From NCBI RefSeq assembly GCF_017348835.2, contig NZ_CP071375.1: 64,000 nucleotides of DNA. One strand, written 5' to 3'. A program made the position numbers and the translations under genes. Below the pieces are notes generated by a model. The model had not been told where the DNA came from and searched no databases. It saw only the letters and a list, made by a program, of their open reading frames with translations. This DNA is from Escherichia coli (GTDB lineage Bacteria; Pseudomonadota; Gammaproteobacteria; Enterobacterales; Enterobacteriaceae). Of the stretch, positions 1-11,183 are shown one piece after another; the stretch's first letter is position 1, and every line of letters begins with the position of its first letter.

Positions 1-737
1 CCAAAGTTGAACAGCGTTTTGCGCCGCTTTCCATCAACCATCTGGATCAGTTCCCGGTAACGACCATCTCTTTTAACGTGCCAGATAACTATTCGCTGGG
101 CGATGCGGTGCAGGCGATTATGGACACCGAAAAGACGCTGAATCTGCCGGTGGATATCACCACGCAGTTCCAGGGCAGCACCCTCGCCTTCCAGTCGGCG
201 CTGGGCAGCACTGTCTGGCTGATTGTCGCGGCGGTGGTGGCGATGTATATCGTGCTCGGCATTCTATACGAGAGCTTTATTCACCCGATCACCATTCTCT
301 CGACGCTACCCACCGCAGGGGTCGGCGCACTGCTGGCGTTAATGATTGCCGGTAGCGAACTGGATGTGATTGCGATTATCGGCATTATTTTGCTGATCGG
401 TATCGTGAAGAAGAACGCCATCATGATGATCGACTTCGCGCTGGCTGCTGAGCGCGAGCAAGGCATGTCGCCGCGCGATGCAATCTACCAGGCTTGTCTG
501 TTGCGTTTTCGTCCGATCCTGATGACCACTCTGGCGGCTCTGCTTGGCGCGCTGCCGCTGATGTTGAGTACCGGGGTCGGCGCGGAACTGCGTCGTCCGT
601 TAGGTATCGGCATGGTCGGCGGCCTGATTGTCAGCCAGGTGCTGACGCTGTTCACCACGCCGGTGATTTATCTGCTGTTCGACCGCCTGGCATTGTGGAC
701 CAAAAGCCGCTTTGCCCGTCATGAAGAGGAGGCGTAA
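1..737 (+). CDS. mdtB: RND multidrug efflux permease MdtB, C-terminal part (5' end outside window)
   Basis: Frame open from window edge; translation shows typical RND C-terminal transmembrane block; stop TAA 735-737 immediately followed by mdtC start. Confidence 0.9.
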   Translation, partial: KVEQRFAPLSINHLDQFPVTTISFNVPDNYSLGDAVQAIMDTEKTLNLPVDITTQFQGSTLAFQSALGSTVWLIVAAVVAMYIVLGILYESFIHPITILSTLPTAGVGALLALMIAGSELDVIAIIGIILLIGIVKKNAIMMIDFALAAEREQGMSPRDAIYQACLLRFRPILMTTLAALLGALPLMLSTGVGAELRRPLGIGMVGGLIVSQVLTLFTTPVIYLLFDRLALWTKSRFARHEEEA

Positions 738-3700
738 GTGAAGTTTTTTGCCCTCTTCATTTACCGCCCGGTGGCGACGATTTTACTGTCGGTCGCCATT
801 ACCCTGTGCGGCATACTGGGTTTCCGTATGCTGCCGGTCGCCCCGCTGCCGCAGGTCGATTTTCCGGTGATTATGGTCAGCGCCTCGCTGCCCGGTGCGT
901 CGCCGGAGACAATGGCGTCTTCCGTTGCCACGCCGCTGGAGCGCTCACTTGGGCGCATTGCCGGGGTCAGTGAAATGACCTCCAGCAGTTCGCTCGGCAG
1001 CACGCGTATTATTTTGCAGTTTGATTTTGACCGGGATATCAACGGTGCGGCGCGTGATGTGCAGGCGGCGATCAACGCCGCACAAAGTCTGCTGCCCAGT
1101 GGGATGCCCAGCCGCCCGACTTATCGCAAAGCGAACCCGTCGGATGCGCCAATTATGATCCTGACGCTAACCTCCGATACTTATTCGCAGGGTGAATTGT
1201 ACGATTTCGCCTCGACGCAGCTGGCTCCGACGATTTCGCAAATCGACGGCGTCGGTGATGTCGATGTCGGCGGCAGCTCGCTGCCCGCCGTGCGCGTCAG
1301 GCTGAACCCGCAGGCGCTGTTTAATCAGGGCGTGTCGCTGGACGACGTACGCGCTGCCATCAGCAATGCCAACGTGCGTAAACCGCAGGGGGCGCTGGAA
1401 GATGGCACTCACCGCTGGCAGATCCAGACCAACGATGAACTGAAAACCGCCGCTGAATATCAGCCGTTGATTATTCATTACAACAACGGCGGCGCGGTTC
1501 GTCTGGGCGATGTGGCGACGGTGACCGACTCAGTGCAGGATGTGCGCAACGCCGGGATGACCAACGCCAAACCGGCTATTTTGCTGATGATCCGCAAGCT
1601 GCCGGAAGCCAATATTATCCAGACGGTTGACAGCATCCGGGCAAAATTACCGGAGTTGCAGGAAACCATTCCGGCGGCGATTGATCTGCAAATTGCTCAG
1701 GATCGCTCCCCCACCATTCGCGCCTCGCTGGAAGAAGTCGAGCAAACGCTGATTATCTCGGTGGCGCTGGTGATTCTGGTGGTGTTTTTATTCCTGCGCT
1801 CGGGTCGCGCCACTATTATTCCCGCCGTTGCGGTGCCGGTTTCGCTGATTGGTACGTTTGCGGCGATGTACCTGTGCGGATTCAGTCTCAATAACCTGTC
1901 GTTAATGGCGCTCACCATCGCCACAGGCTTTGTGGTGGATGACGCCATCGTGGTGCTGGAAAACATTGCCCGTCATCTGGAAGCGGGGATGAAACCACTA
2001 CAGGCCGCGCTACAAGGTACTCGCGAAGTCGGTTTTACGGTGCTGTCGATGAGTCTGTCACTGGTGGCGGTGTTCCTGCCGCTGCTGTTGATGGGCGGAT
2101 TGCCGGGACGACTGTTACGCGAGTTTGCCGTAACGCTTTCTGTCGCCATTGGTATTTCGTTGCTGGTTTCCCTGACGCTAACGCCGATGATGTGTGGCTG
2201 GATGCTGAAAGCCAGCAAGCCGCGCGAGCAAAAGCGACTACGTGGTTTTGGTCGCATGTTGGTAGCCCTGCAACAAGGCTACGGCAAGTCACTGAAATGG
2301 GTGCTCAATCATACCCGTCTGGTGGGCGTGGTGCTGCTTGGCACCATTGCGCTGAATATCTGGCTATATATCTCGATCCCGAAAACCTTCTTCCCGGAGC
2401 AGGACACTGGCGTGTTGATGGGCGGGATTCAGGCGGATCAGAGTATTTCGTTTCAGGCGATGCGCGGTAAGTTGCAGGATTTCATGAAAATTATCCGTGA
2501 CGATCCGGCAGTGGATAATGTCACCGGATTTACCGGCGGTTCGCGAGTGAACAGCGGGATGATGTTTATCACCCTCAAGCCACGCGACGAACGCAGCGAA
2601 ACGGCGCAGCAAATTATCGACCGTCTGCGCGTGAAGCTGGCGAAAGAACCGGGGGCGAATCTGTTCCTGATGGCGGTACAGGATATTCGCGTTGGTGGGC
2701 GTCAGTCGAACGCCAGCTACCAGTACACGTTGTTATCCGACGACCTGGCGGCACTGCGCGAATGGGAGCCGAAAATCCGCAAAAAACTGGCGACGTTGCC
2801 GGAACTGGCGGACGTGAACTCCGATCAGCAGGATAACGGCGCGGAGATGAATCTGGTTTACGACCGCGACACCATGGCACGGCTGGGAATCGACGTACAG
2901 GCCGCCAACAGTCTGTTAAATAACGCCTTCGGTCAGCGGCAAATCTCGACCATTTACCAGCCGATGAACCAGTATAAAGTGGTGATGGAAGTGGATCCGC
3001 GCTATACCCAGGACATCAGCGCGCTGGAAAAAATGTTCGTTATCAATAACGAAGGCAAAGCGATCCCGCTGTCGTATTTCGCTAAATGGCAACCGGCGAA
3101 TGCCCCGCTGTCGGTGAATCATCAGGGATTATCGGCGGCCTCGACCATCTCGTTCAACCTACCGACCGGAAAATCGCTCTCGGACGCCAGTGCGGCGATC
3201 GATCGCGCAATGACCCAGCTTGGTGTGCCTTCGACGGTGCGCGGTAGTTTTGCCGGCACGGCGCAGGTGTTCCAGGAGACGATGAACTCGCAGGTGATCC
3301 TGATTATCGCCGCCATCGCTACGGTGTATATCGTGCTGGGTATCCTTTACGAGAGTTACGTACATCCGCTGACGATTCTCTCCACCCTGCCCTCGGCGGG
3401 CGTTGGAGCGCTGCTGGCGCTGGAGCTGTTCAATGCCCCGTTCAGCCTAATCGCCCTGATAGGGATCATGCTATTAATCGGCATCGTGAAGAAAAACGCC
3501 ATTATGATGGTCGATTTTGCGCTCGAAGCCCAACGGCACGGTAACCTGACGCCGCAGGAAGCTATTTTCCAGGCCTGTCTGCTGCGTTTTCGCCCGATTA
3601 TGATGACTACCCTGGCGGCGCTGTTTGGCACGCTGCCGCTGGTGTTGTCGGGCGGTGACGGCTCGGAGTTGCGCCAACCATTGGGGATCACCATTGTCGG

Positions 3701-3815
3701 CGGTCTGGTAATGAGCCAGCTCCTGACGCTGTATACCACGCCGGTGGTGTATCTCTTTTTCGACCGTCTGCGGCTGCGTTTTTCGCGTAAACCTAAACAA
3801 ACGGTAACCGAGTAA
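738..3815 (+). CDS. mdtC: RND multidrug efflux permease MdtC (1025 aa)
   Basis: 1025-aa ORF, GTG start one base after mdtB stop; RND AcrB-like sequence with two large periplasmic loops and 12 TM-type segments. Confidence 0.93.
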   Translation: MKFFALFIYRPVATILLSVAITLCGILGFRMLPVAPLPQVDFPVIMVSASLPGASPETMASSVATPLERSLGRIAGVSEMTSSSSLGSTRIILQFDFDRDINGAARDVQAAINAAQSLLPSGMPSRPTYRKANPSDAPIMILTLTSDTYSQGELYDFASTQLAPTISQIDGVGDVDVGGSSLPAVRVRLNPQALFNQGVSLDDVRAAISNANVRKPQGALEDGTHRWQIQTNDELKTAAEYQPLIIHYNNGGAVRLGDVATVTDSVQDVRNAGMTNAKPAILLMIRKLPEANIIQTVDSIRAKLPELQETIPAAIDLQIAQDRSPTIRASLEEVEQTLIISVALVILVVFLFLRSGRATIIPAVAVPVSLIGTFAAMYLCGFSLNNLSLMALTIATGFVVDDAIVVLENIARHLEAGMKPLQAALQGTREVGFTVLSMSLSLVAVFLPLLLMGGLPGRLLREFAVTLSVAIGISLLVSLTLTPMMCGWMLKASKPREQKRLRGFGRMLVALQQGYGKSLKWVLNHTRLVGVVLLGTIALNIWLYISIPKTFFPEQDTGVLMGGIQADQSISFQAMRGKLQDFMKIIRDDPAVDNVTGFTGGSRVNSGMMFITLKPRDERSETAQQIIDRLRVKLAKEPGANLFLMAVQDIRVGGRQSNASYQYTLLSDDLAALREWEPKIRKKLATLPELADVNSDQQDNGAEMNLVYDRDTMARLGIDVQAANSLLNNAFGQRQISTIYQPMNQYKVVMEVDPRYTQDISALEKMFVINNEGKAIPLSYFAKWQPANAPLSVNHQGLSAASTISFNLPTGKSLSDASAAIDRAMTQLGVPSTVRGSFAGTAQVFQETMNSQVILIIAAIATVYIVLGILYESYVHPLTILSTLPSAGVGALLALELFNAPFSLIALIGIMLLIGIVKKNAIMMVDFALEAQRHGNLTPQEAIFQACLLRFRPIMMTTLAALFGTLPLVLSGGDGSELRQPLGITIVGGLVMSQLLTLYTTPVVYLFFDRLRLRFSRKPKQTVTE

Positions 3816-5231
3816 ATGACAGATCTTCCCGACAGCACCCGCTGGCAATTGTGGATTGTGGCTTTCGGCTTCTTTATGCAGTCGCTGGACACCACCATCG
3901 TAAACACCGCCCTTCCCTCAATGGCGCAAAGCCTCGGGGAAAGTCCGTTGCATATGCACATGGTCATTGTCTCTTATGTACTGACCGTGGCGGTGATGCT
4001 GCCCGCCAGCGGCTGGCTGGCGGACAAAGTCGGCGTGCGCAATATTTTCTTTACCGCCATCATGCTGTTTACTCTCGGTTCACTGTTTTGCGCGCTTTCC
4101 GGCACGCTGAACGAACTGTTGCTGGCACGCGCGTTACAGGGCGTGGGCGGTGCGATGATGGTGCCGGTCGGCAGGTTGACGGTGATGAAAATCGTACCGC
4201 GCGAGCAATATATGGCGGCGATGACCTTTGTCACGTTACCCGGTCAGGTCGGTCCGCTGCTCGGTCCGGCGCTTGGCGGTCTGCTGGTGGAGTACGCGTC
4301 GTGGCACTGGATCTTTTTGATCAACATTCCGGTGGGAATTATTGGTGCGATCGCCACATTGATGTTAATGCCGAACTATACCATGCAGACGCGGCGCTTT
4401 GATCTCTCCGGCTTTCTGTTGCTGGCGGTTGGCATGGCGGTATTAACCCTGGCGCTGGACGGCAGTAAAGGTACAGGTTTATCGCCGCTGGCGATTGCTG
4501 GCCTGGTCGCAGTTGGCGTGGTGGCACTGGTGCTTTATCTGCTGCACGCCAGAAATAACAACCGTGCCCTGTTCAGTCTGAAACTGTTCCGTACTCGTAC
4601 CTTTTCGCTGGGCCTGGCGGGGAGCTTTGCCGGACGTATTGGCAGTGGCATGTTGCCCTTTATGACACCGGTTTTCTTACAGATTGGCCTCGGTTTCTCA
4701 CCGTTTCATGCCGGACTGATGATGATCCCGATGGTGCTTGGCAGCATGGGAATGAAGCGAATTGTAGTTCAGGTGGTGAATCGCTTTGGTTATCGTCGGG
4801 TACTGGTAGCGACCACGCTGGGTCTGTCGCTGGTCACCCTACTGTTTATGACTACCGCTCTGCTGGGCTGGTACTATGTTTTGCCGTTCGTCCTGTTTTT
4901 ACAAGGAATGGTCAACTCGACGCGTTTCTCCTCTATGAACACCCTGACGCTGAAAGATCTCCCGGACAATCTGGCGAGCAGCGGCAACAGTCTGCTGTCG
5001 ATGATTATGCAATTGTCGATGAGTATCGGCGTCACCATCGCCGGGCTGTTGCTGGGACTTTTTGGTTCGCAGCATGTCAGCGTCGACAGCGGCACCACAC
5101 AAACCGTCTTTATGTACACCTGGCTTAGCATGGCGTTTATCATCGCCCTTCCGGCGTTCATCTTTGCCAGAGTGCCGAACGATACGCATCAAAATGTAGC
5201 TATTTCGCGGCGAAAAAGGAGCGCGCAATGA
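3816..5231 (+). CDS. mdtD: MFS transporter MdtD (471 aa)
   Basis: 471-aa ORF starting directly after mdtC stop; MFS-type hydrophobic profile; position in mdtABCD-baeSR operon. Confidence 0.9.
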   Translation: MTDLPDSTRWQLWIVAFGFFMQSLDTTIVNTALPSMAQSLGESPLHMHMVIVSYVLTVAVMLPASGWLADKVGVRNIFFTAIMLFTLGSLFCALSGTLNELLLARALQGVGGAMMVPVGRLTVMKIVPREQYMAAMTFVTLPGQVGPLLGPALGGLLVEYASWHWIFLINIPVGIIGAIATLMLMPNYTMQTRRFDLSGFLLLAVGMAVLTLALDGSKGTGLSPLAIAGLVAVGVVALVLYLLHARNNNRALFSLKLFRTRTFSLGLAGSFAGRIGSGMLPFMTPVFLQIGLGFSPFHAGLMMIPMVLGSMGMKRIVVQVVNRFGYRRVLVATTLGLSLVTLLFMTTALLGWYYVLPFVLFLQGMVNSTRFSSMNTLTLKDLPDNLASSGNSLLSMIMQLSMSIGVTIAGLLLGLFGSQHVSVDSGTTQTVFMYTWLSMAFIIALPAFIFARVPNDTHQNVAISRRKRSAQ

Positions 5232-6631
5232 AGTTCTGGCGACCCGGTATTACCGGCAAACTGTTTCTGGCGATTTTCGCCACCTGCATTGTCTTGCTGA
5301 TCAGTATGCACTGGGCGGTGCGTATCAGTTTTGAGCGTGGCTTTATTGATTACATCAAGCATGGTAATGAACAGCGATTACAACTGTTAAGTGATGCGCT
5401 TGGCGAGCAGTATGCGCAGCATGGCAACTGGCGCTTCCTGCGCAACAATGATCGCTTTGTCTTTCAGATCCTGCGTTCATTTGAACACGATAATTCGGAA
5501 GATAAACCCGGCCCGGGTATGCCACCACACGGCTGGCGTACTCAGTTCTGGGTGGTTGATCAAAACAACAAGGTGCTGGTTGGTCCGCGAGCGCCGATTC
5601 CACCTGACGGTACACGGCGACCCATTCTGGTCAACGGTGCGGAAGTGGGCGCGGTGATTGCCTCCCCCGTTGAGCGGCTGACCCGCAATACTGATATCAA
5701 TTTCGATAAACAACAGCGGCAAACCAGCTGGCTGATTGTCGCCCTGGCAACGTTACTCGCGGCGCTCGCCACCTTTCTGCTGGCGCGTGGTCTTTTGGCC
5801 CCGGTCAAACGGCTGGTGGACGGCACGCACAAACTGGCGGCGGGCGATTTCACAACCCGCGTGACGCCCACCAGTGAAGATGAACTGGGCAAACTGGCGC
5901 AAGACTTCAACCAGCTTGCCAGCACGCTGGAGAAAAACCAGCAAATGCGGCGCGATTTTATGGCCGATATTTCTCACGAACTGCGTACGCCATTAGCGGT
6001 GCTGCGCGGTGAACTAGAAGCTATTCAGGATGGCGTGCGCAAATTCACGCCGGAGACGGTGGCGTCTTTACAGGCGGAGGTCGGTACACTGACCAAACTG
6101 GTTGACGATCTTCATCAGTTGTCGATGTCTGATGAAGGCGCTCTCGCCTATCAAAAAGCACCGGTAGATTTGATCCCACTGCTGGAAGTGGCGGGCGGCG
6201 CATTTCGCGAACGATTCGCCAGCCGTGGCCTGAAACTGCAATTTTCCCTGCCAGACAGTATTACCGTATTTGGCGATCGCGACCGTTTAATGCAGTTGTT
6301 CAATAATTTACTGGAAAACAGCCTGCGCTACACTGACAGCGGCGGCAGCCTGAAAATCTCTGCCGAGCAGCACGACAAAACGGTGCGCCTGACCTTTGCC
6401 GACAGTGCGCCAGGTGTCAGTGACGATCAGCTACAAAAATTGTTTGAACGTTTTTATCGCACCGAAGGTTCCCGCAACCGTGCCAGCGGCGGTTCCGGGC
6501 TGGGGTTGGCGATTTGCCTGAACATTGTTGAAGCACATAATGGCCGCATTATTGCTGCCCATTCGCCTTTTGGCGGGGTAAGCATTACAGTAGAGTTACC
6601 GCTGGAACGGGATTTACAGAGAGAAGTATGA
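5228..6631 (+). CDS. baeS: Envelope-stress sensor histidine kinase BaeS (467 aa)
   Basis: ATGA overlap with mdtD stop; H-box motif ISHELRTPL and HATPase C-terminal motifs in translation. Confidence 0.92.
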
Positions 6632-7350
6632 CCGAGTTACCAATCGACGAAAACACACCGCGTATTTTGATCGTGGAAGATGAACCGAAGCTGGGGCAGT
6701 TGCTCATTGATTATCTGCGTGCTGCGAGCTATGCGCCGACGCTTATCAGCCACGGCGATCAGGTACTGCCGTATGTGCGCCAGACACCACCGGATCTGAT
6801 CCTGTTGGATCTGATGCTCCCTGGCACCGATGGCTTGACGCTGTGCCGGGAAATTCGTCGTTTTTCTGACATTCCTATCGTGATGGTCACGGCAAAAATC
6901 GAAGAGATCGACCGCCTGCTCGGACTGGAGATTGGCGCAGATGATTATATCTGTAAGCCGTACAGCCCACGGGAAGTGGTAGCGCGCGTCAAAACCATTT
7001 TGCGCCGTTGCAAACCGCAGCGTGAGTTGCAGCAACAGGATGCTGAAAGCCCGTTGATTATCGACGAAGGTCGTTTTCAGGCTTCATGGCGCGGTAAAAT
7101 GCTTGACCTGACGCCTGCGGAATTTCGTCTGCTGAAAACGCTCTCTCACGAACCAGGAAAAGTGTTCTCCCGCGAGCAATTGCTCAATCATCTTTATGAC
7201 GACTACCGCGTAGTAACCGACCGCACCATCGACAGCCACATTAAAAACCTGCGCCGCAAGCTGGAATCTCTCGACGCCGAACAGTCATTTATCCGCGCCG
7301 TTTACGGCGTTGGTTACCGCTGGGAAGCCGACGCCTGCCGCATCGTTTAG
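6628..7350 (+). CDS. baeR: OmpR-family response regulator BaeR (240 aa)
   Basis: ATGA overlap with baeS stop; receiver domain (ILIVEDEP...D) plus winged-helix C-terminus. Confidence 0.92.
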
Positions 7351-7540
7351 TTTTAGCGACATTACTTTGTTAGCCGGAGATGGCGTTCAGACCAGATCCG
7401 GCAACATTATCCCACGCATGGTCAGCAAACTGACATTATCTCTCCGCCCTGGCAGGCATCAGAAAATCGCTCATACTTTAATCGGTCAACAGCACCTTTA
7501 GATGCTGTTTTCGATAAGCAATTTCAATCAAGGAGTCATT

Positions 7541-7873
7541 ATGGCTGGTTGGTTTGAACTCAGTAAGAGCAGTGATAATCAGTTCCGGTTTGTGCTAAAA
7601 GCGGGCAATGGTGAGACTATCCTCACCAGCGAGCTGTATACCTCAAAAGCCTCTGCGGAAAAGGGCATCGCGTCGGTGCGTAGCAACAGCCCGCAAGAAG
7701 AACGCTATGAGAAAAAAACGGCAAGCAACGGCAAATTCTATTTCAATCTGAAAGCCGCCAATCATCAAATTATCGGCTCCAGCCAGATGTATGCTACCGC
7801 GCAATCTCGTGAAACCGGAATTGCCTCCGTTAAAGCCAATGGCACAAGCCAGACGGTGAAAGACAATACGTAA
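7541..7873 (+). CDS. yegP: UPF0339/DUF1508 family protein YegP (110 aa)
   Basis: ATG 7541 preceded by AGGAG at 7531-7535; internally duplicated DUF1508-like halves; ORF track frame starts earlier at 7502 but lacks an RBS. Confidence 0.85.
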   Translation: MAGWFELSKSSDNQFRFVLKAGNGETILTSELYTSKASAEKGIASVRSNSPQEERYEKKTASNGKFYFNLKAANHQIIGSSQMYATAQSRETGIASVKANGTSQTVKDNT

Positions 7874-7880
7874 TTACGAT

Positions 7881-7914
7881 GCCGGGCGTGGGTTGTTGGC
7901 GTCCGGCTTTATTT
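7881..7914 (+). terminator. Putative yegP terminator hairpin (8-bp stem with one GU) followed by TTTATTT
   Basis: Inverted repeat gccgggcg...cgtccggc 8 nt after yegP stop, followed by a T-rich tract. Confidence 0.4.
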
Positions 7915-8013
7915 CCAAATAACGCTTATTTATTTACCTGCGCCATTAAAATAGTGGACACTGATGAATACTCATTGTGCTTTCTTTGTTTAACATCTCC
8001 ATGCTTATCCTCC

Positions 8014-8025
8014 TGAACATGTTCA
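8014..8025. promoter_or_regulatory. Perfect 12-bp palindrome TGAACATGTTCA upstream of the parD-like gene (candidate operator)
   Basis: Read directly in the sequence; located about 90 bp upstream of the antitoxin start in an AT-rich region. Confidence 0.3.
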
Positions 8026-8116
8026 TCTGCCAAAATATCTTCTAATACTTTTCGTGACGCTATCCGGTTTATGACATACACTGATGTAAGATTTTTACTT
8101 ACAGGAGAGCATAAAC

Positions 8117-8368
8117 ATGGCCAGAACGATGACGGTTGATCTCGGCGATGAGTTGCGTGAATTTATCGAGTCCTTAATTGAATCCGGCGACTATCGCACC
8201 CAAAGCGAAGTGATCCGTGAGTCACTGCGCTTACTTCGAGAAAAGCAAGCAGAGTCTCGCCTGCAAGCGTTACGTGACATGCTTGCAGAAGGGTTGAGTA
8301 GTGGTGAAGCTCAGCCGTGGGAAAAGGACGCGTTTTTACGGAAGGTGAAAGCAGGGATAAGGAAATAA
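8117..8368 (+). CDS. ParD-family (ribbon-helix-helix, COG3609-like) type II antitoxin (83 aa)
   Basis: AGGAGAG RBS at 8103-8109; translation carries the ParD-like motif GDYRTQSEVIRESLRLL; stop 1 nt before toxin start. Confidence 0.75.
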   Translation: MARTMTVDLGDELREFIESLIESGDYRTQSEVIRESLRLLREKQAESRLQALRDMLAEGLSSGEAQPWEKDAFLRKVKAGIRK

Positions 8369-8369
8369 T

Positions 8370-8666
8370 GTGCGTATTATTAAACTCATGCCAAAAGCCA
8401 ATGAGGATTTAGAAGGCATCTGGTATTACAGTTATCACCATTTCGGCGAACCACAAGCCGACAGATATGTGGAACATCTTTCAGACGTTCTCCAGATTCT
8501 GAGTAACAATAATATAGGTACGCCCAGACCTGAATTAGGCGAAGGTATTTTTGTTCTTCCTTTTGAACGCCACGTAATTTATTTCCTGCAATCACCAGGG
8601 GAAATTATCGTCATTCGTACCCTTAACCAAAACCAGGACGCCACCAGACATTTACACTGGAGCTAA
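8370..8666 (+). CDS. ParE/RelE-superfamily type II toxin (98 aa from GTG 8370; alternative ATG at 8388)
   Basis: Small protein with ParE-like conserved pattern (DL..I..Y...FG...A..Y......L..L...P..G.P...LG.G.....F.RHVIYF......I.VIR.L....D); tightly coupled to the upstream antitoxin gene. Confidence 0.72.
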   Translation: MRIIKLMPKANEDLEGIWYYSYHHFGEPQADRYVEHLSDVLQILSNNNIGTPRPELGEGIFVLPFERHVIYFLQSPGEIIVIRTLNQNQDATRHLHWS

Positions 8667-8768
8667 ACCCGCCGATTGCGCTACAATGCCCGCCCTTAAA
8701 GTGGGGGCACTCCCCTAACCGCTTCATCAGGTGAAGCGGATCTGACCTGTCATCAGAACGAGAGAATT

Positions 8769-10130
8769 ATGTTTAAACCGGAACTCCTTTCCCCGGCGGG
8801 AACGCTGAAAAATATGCGTTACGCTTTCGCTTATGGCGCAGATGCTGTTTATGCGGGCCAGCCGCGTTACTCCCTGCGTGTGCGCAACAACGAATTCAAC
8901 CACGAAAACCTTCAGCTCGGCATCAATGAAGCCCACGCGCTGGGGAAAAAGTTTTATGTCGTGGTCAACATTGCACCGCACAACGCCAAGCTGAAAACCT
9001 TTATCCGTGACCTGAAACCGGTGGTGGAAATGGGGCCGGATGCGCTGATTATGTCCGATCCAGGGCTGATTATGCTGGTGCGTGAGCACTTCCCTGAAAT
9101 GCCGATCCACCTCTCGGTGCAGGCTAACGCCGTAAACTGGGCGACGGTGAAATTCTGGCAGCAAATGGGCCTGACCCGCGTGATCCTCTCTCGCGAGCTG
9201 TCGCTGGAAGAGATTGAAGAGATCCGTAATCAGGTGCCGGATATGGAGATCGAGATCTTCGTTCACGGCGCACTGTGCATGGCCTACTCCGGTCGCTGCC
9301 TGCTCTCTGGCTATATCAACAAGCGCGACCCGAACCAGGGTACCTGCACCAACGCCTGCCGCTGGGAGTACAACGTCCAGGAAGGGAAAGAAGATGAAGT
9401 TGGCAACATCGTACACAAGTACGAGCCGATTCCGGTGCAAAATGTTGAGCCGACGCTGGGTATCGGCGCGCCAACCGACAAAGTGTTTATGATCGAAGAG
9501 GCCCAGCGTCCGGGCGAGTATATGACCGCGTTTGAAGATGAGCACGGCACTTACATCATGAACTCGAAAGATCTGCGCGCCATCGCCCATGTAGAACGCC
9601 TTACCAAAATGGGCGTGCATTCGCTGAAAATCGAAGGTCGTACCAAATCTTTCTACTATTGCGCACGCACCGCACAGGTTTACCGCAAAGCTATCGATGA
9701 TGCCGCTGCGGGCAAACCGTTTGACACCAGCCTGCTGGAAACCCTGGAAGGTCTGGCGCATCGTGGCTATACCGAAGGTTTCCTGCGTCGTCATACTCAC
9801 GACGATTATCAGAACTACGAATACGGTTATTCAGTTTCTGACCGCCAGCAGTTTGTAGGTGAGTTTACCGGTGAGCGCAAGGGGGACCTCGCGGCGGTAG
9901 CGGTGAAAAATAAATTCTCCGTTGGCGACAGCCTTGAGCTGATGACGCCGCAAGGCAACATTAACTTTACCCTTGAGCACATGGAAAACGCCAAAGGTGA
10001 AGCGATGCCGGTCGCACCAGGCGATGGTTATACTGTGTGGCTCCCGGTCCCGCAGGATCTTGAGCTCAATTACGCTCTGCTGATGCGTAATTTCTCCGGG
10101 GAAACCACGCGTAACCCACACGGTAAGTGA
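8769..10130 (+). CDS. yegQ: Peptidase U32-family protein YegQ (453 aa)
   Basis: 453-aa ORF; U32 collagenase-like family sequence with conserved Cys cluster; synteny. Confidence 0.88.
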   Translation: MFKPELLSPAGTLKNMRYAFAYGADAVYAGQPRYSLRVRNNEFNHENLQLGINEAHALGKKFYVVVNIAPHNAKLKTFIRDLKPVVEMGPDALIMSDPGLIMLVREHFPEMPIHLSVQANAVNWATVKFWQQMGLTRVILSRELSLEEIEEIRNQVPDMEIEIFVHGALCMAYSGRCLLSGYINKRDPNQGTCTNACRWEYNVQEGKEDEVGNIVHKYEPIPVQNVEPTLGIGAPTDKVFMIEEAQRPGEYMTAFEDEHGTYIMNSKDLRAIAHVERLTKMGVHSLKIEGRTKSFYYCARTAQVYRKAIDDAAAGKPFDTSLLETLEGLAHRGYTEGFLRRHTHDDYQNYEYGYSVSDRQQFVGEFTGERKGDLAAVAVKNKFSVGDSLELMTPQGNINFTLEHMENAKGEAMPVAPGDGYTVWLPVPQDLELNYALLMRNFSGETTRNPHGK

Positions 10131-10214
10131 TTAATTTCGATTATTTTTCCCGGATGGAAAATTCTTAGAAACCGATCACATACAGCTGCATTTATTAAGG
10201 TTATCATCCGTTTC

Positions 10215-10301
10215 GCTGAAAAACATAACCCATAAAATGCTAGCTGTACCAGGAACCACCTCCTTAGCCTGTGTAATCTCCCTTACACGGGCTTATTTTT
10301 T
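10215..10301 (+). ncRNA. cyaR: CRP-dependent Hfq-binding sRNA CyaR (RyeE)
   Basis: Sequence GCTGAAAAACATAACCCATAAAATGCTAGCTGTACCAGGAACCACCTCCTTAGCC... ending in a hairpin and T-run matches my memory of CyaR, including the CCTCCTT anti-SD-like seed; located downstream of yegQ as in E. coli. Confidence 0.85.
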
Positions 10302-10459
10302 ATGCATAAGCCCTATCCCTGGTCACCGTCTTCCATTGACCACATCGATAGAATCTCCCTTCATAGCACGATGCCTTTCACGTAACGGCATCGTGCTCGC
10401 ACAGGTTCCGGCTAAGCACAACCAGAACGCGCATGTTTGACGCTTACCAAAAAATATTC

Positions 10460-10777
10460 TCACTCTCCACATTTGAATGTCAGACGAGCGACGCCATGTA
10501 ATCCTGCACCTTCTGTCTTCAGGTCAACTATCTGCATTTTTTTGCCCTGAGTAACACAGAAATGGGCTGCATCATTTTTTACTATATTTTCTGCACCAGA
10601 TATTCTACCCCTGGCTAAAGAAGCTTCGGCTTCGGTGTAGTATTGGTTATCGAGTTTACGCTGAATATTACTTTTATATGCAAGACCAAATTTACCGATA
10701 CTTGTCTCATCATTATGCACAGCACAACCAGACATAAGAAAAATACTAAATAATGATATAGCAACTATCTTTTTCAT
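10460..10777 (-). CDS. yegR: Lipoprotein-like uncharacterized protein YegR (105 aa)
   Basis: 105-aa ORF with signal peptide plus lipobox-like LMSGC; synteny. Confidence 0.8.
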   Translation of the reverse strand: MKKIVAISLFSIFLMSGCAVHNDETSIGKFGLAYKSNIQRKLDNQYYTEAEASLARGRISGAENIVKNDAAHFCVTQGKKMQIVDLKTEGAGLHGVARLTFKCGE

Positions 10778-11183
10778 CTCACCTTCCCCCCATTAAATAC
10801 CAACGACACGCCCTGGTGTTTAAATATAATAATGGCATGATTATTATAATTGAATAGGATTATAATAAATGTTCTGTACAACATTTCCTACATAAGTAGG
10901 AATTACGGACATGGAGGCCCTTCCGGGTAACTCTATGGGGGCTTTAATATATTATATTGAAGATGCCACTGTTTAGTTGAATATTAGGTATATGCTCTTT
11001 TTTGAAATTTATCGGTGGCTGCCGTTAGTATTCGCTGTCCCCATTGCAAGCTCCTGGTGGTAACCACTGAATCCTCCATACTTGAACTGACTATTTATCC
11101 TCCGACTTTCATCCTGTTCTGACTCCACCTTTTCTTTTCTGCTCTACACTATCTACAGACCAATCATAAAGGCACATACGATC

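Noticed and set aside
7310-7501. 63-aa ORF spanning the baeR 3' end and the baeR-yegP spacer
   Set aside because: Out-of-frame overlap with baeR, no RBS, ends exactly where the yegP upstream extension begins; judged non-coding.
8727-9800. 357-aa minus-strand ORF antisense to yegQ
   Set aside because: Completely overlapped by the well-supported yegQ on the opposite strand; no RBS; typical antisense shadow ORF. The same reasoning applies to other long antisense ORFs in the track, e.g. 3356-3967 (-) over mdtC/mdtD, 35834-36565 (-) over metG, 60727-61431 (+) over yehW/yehX and 57316-57768 (+) over btsR/btsS.
10237-10440. 67-aa plus-strand ORF downstream of yegQ
   Set aside because: Starts inside the cyaR sRNA and runs through its terminator; the region is explained by cyaR and the hairpin at 10365-10397.
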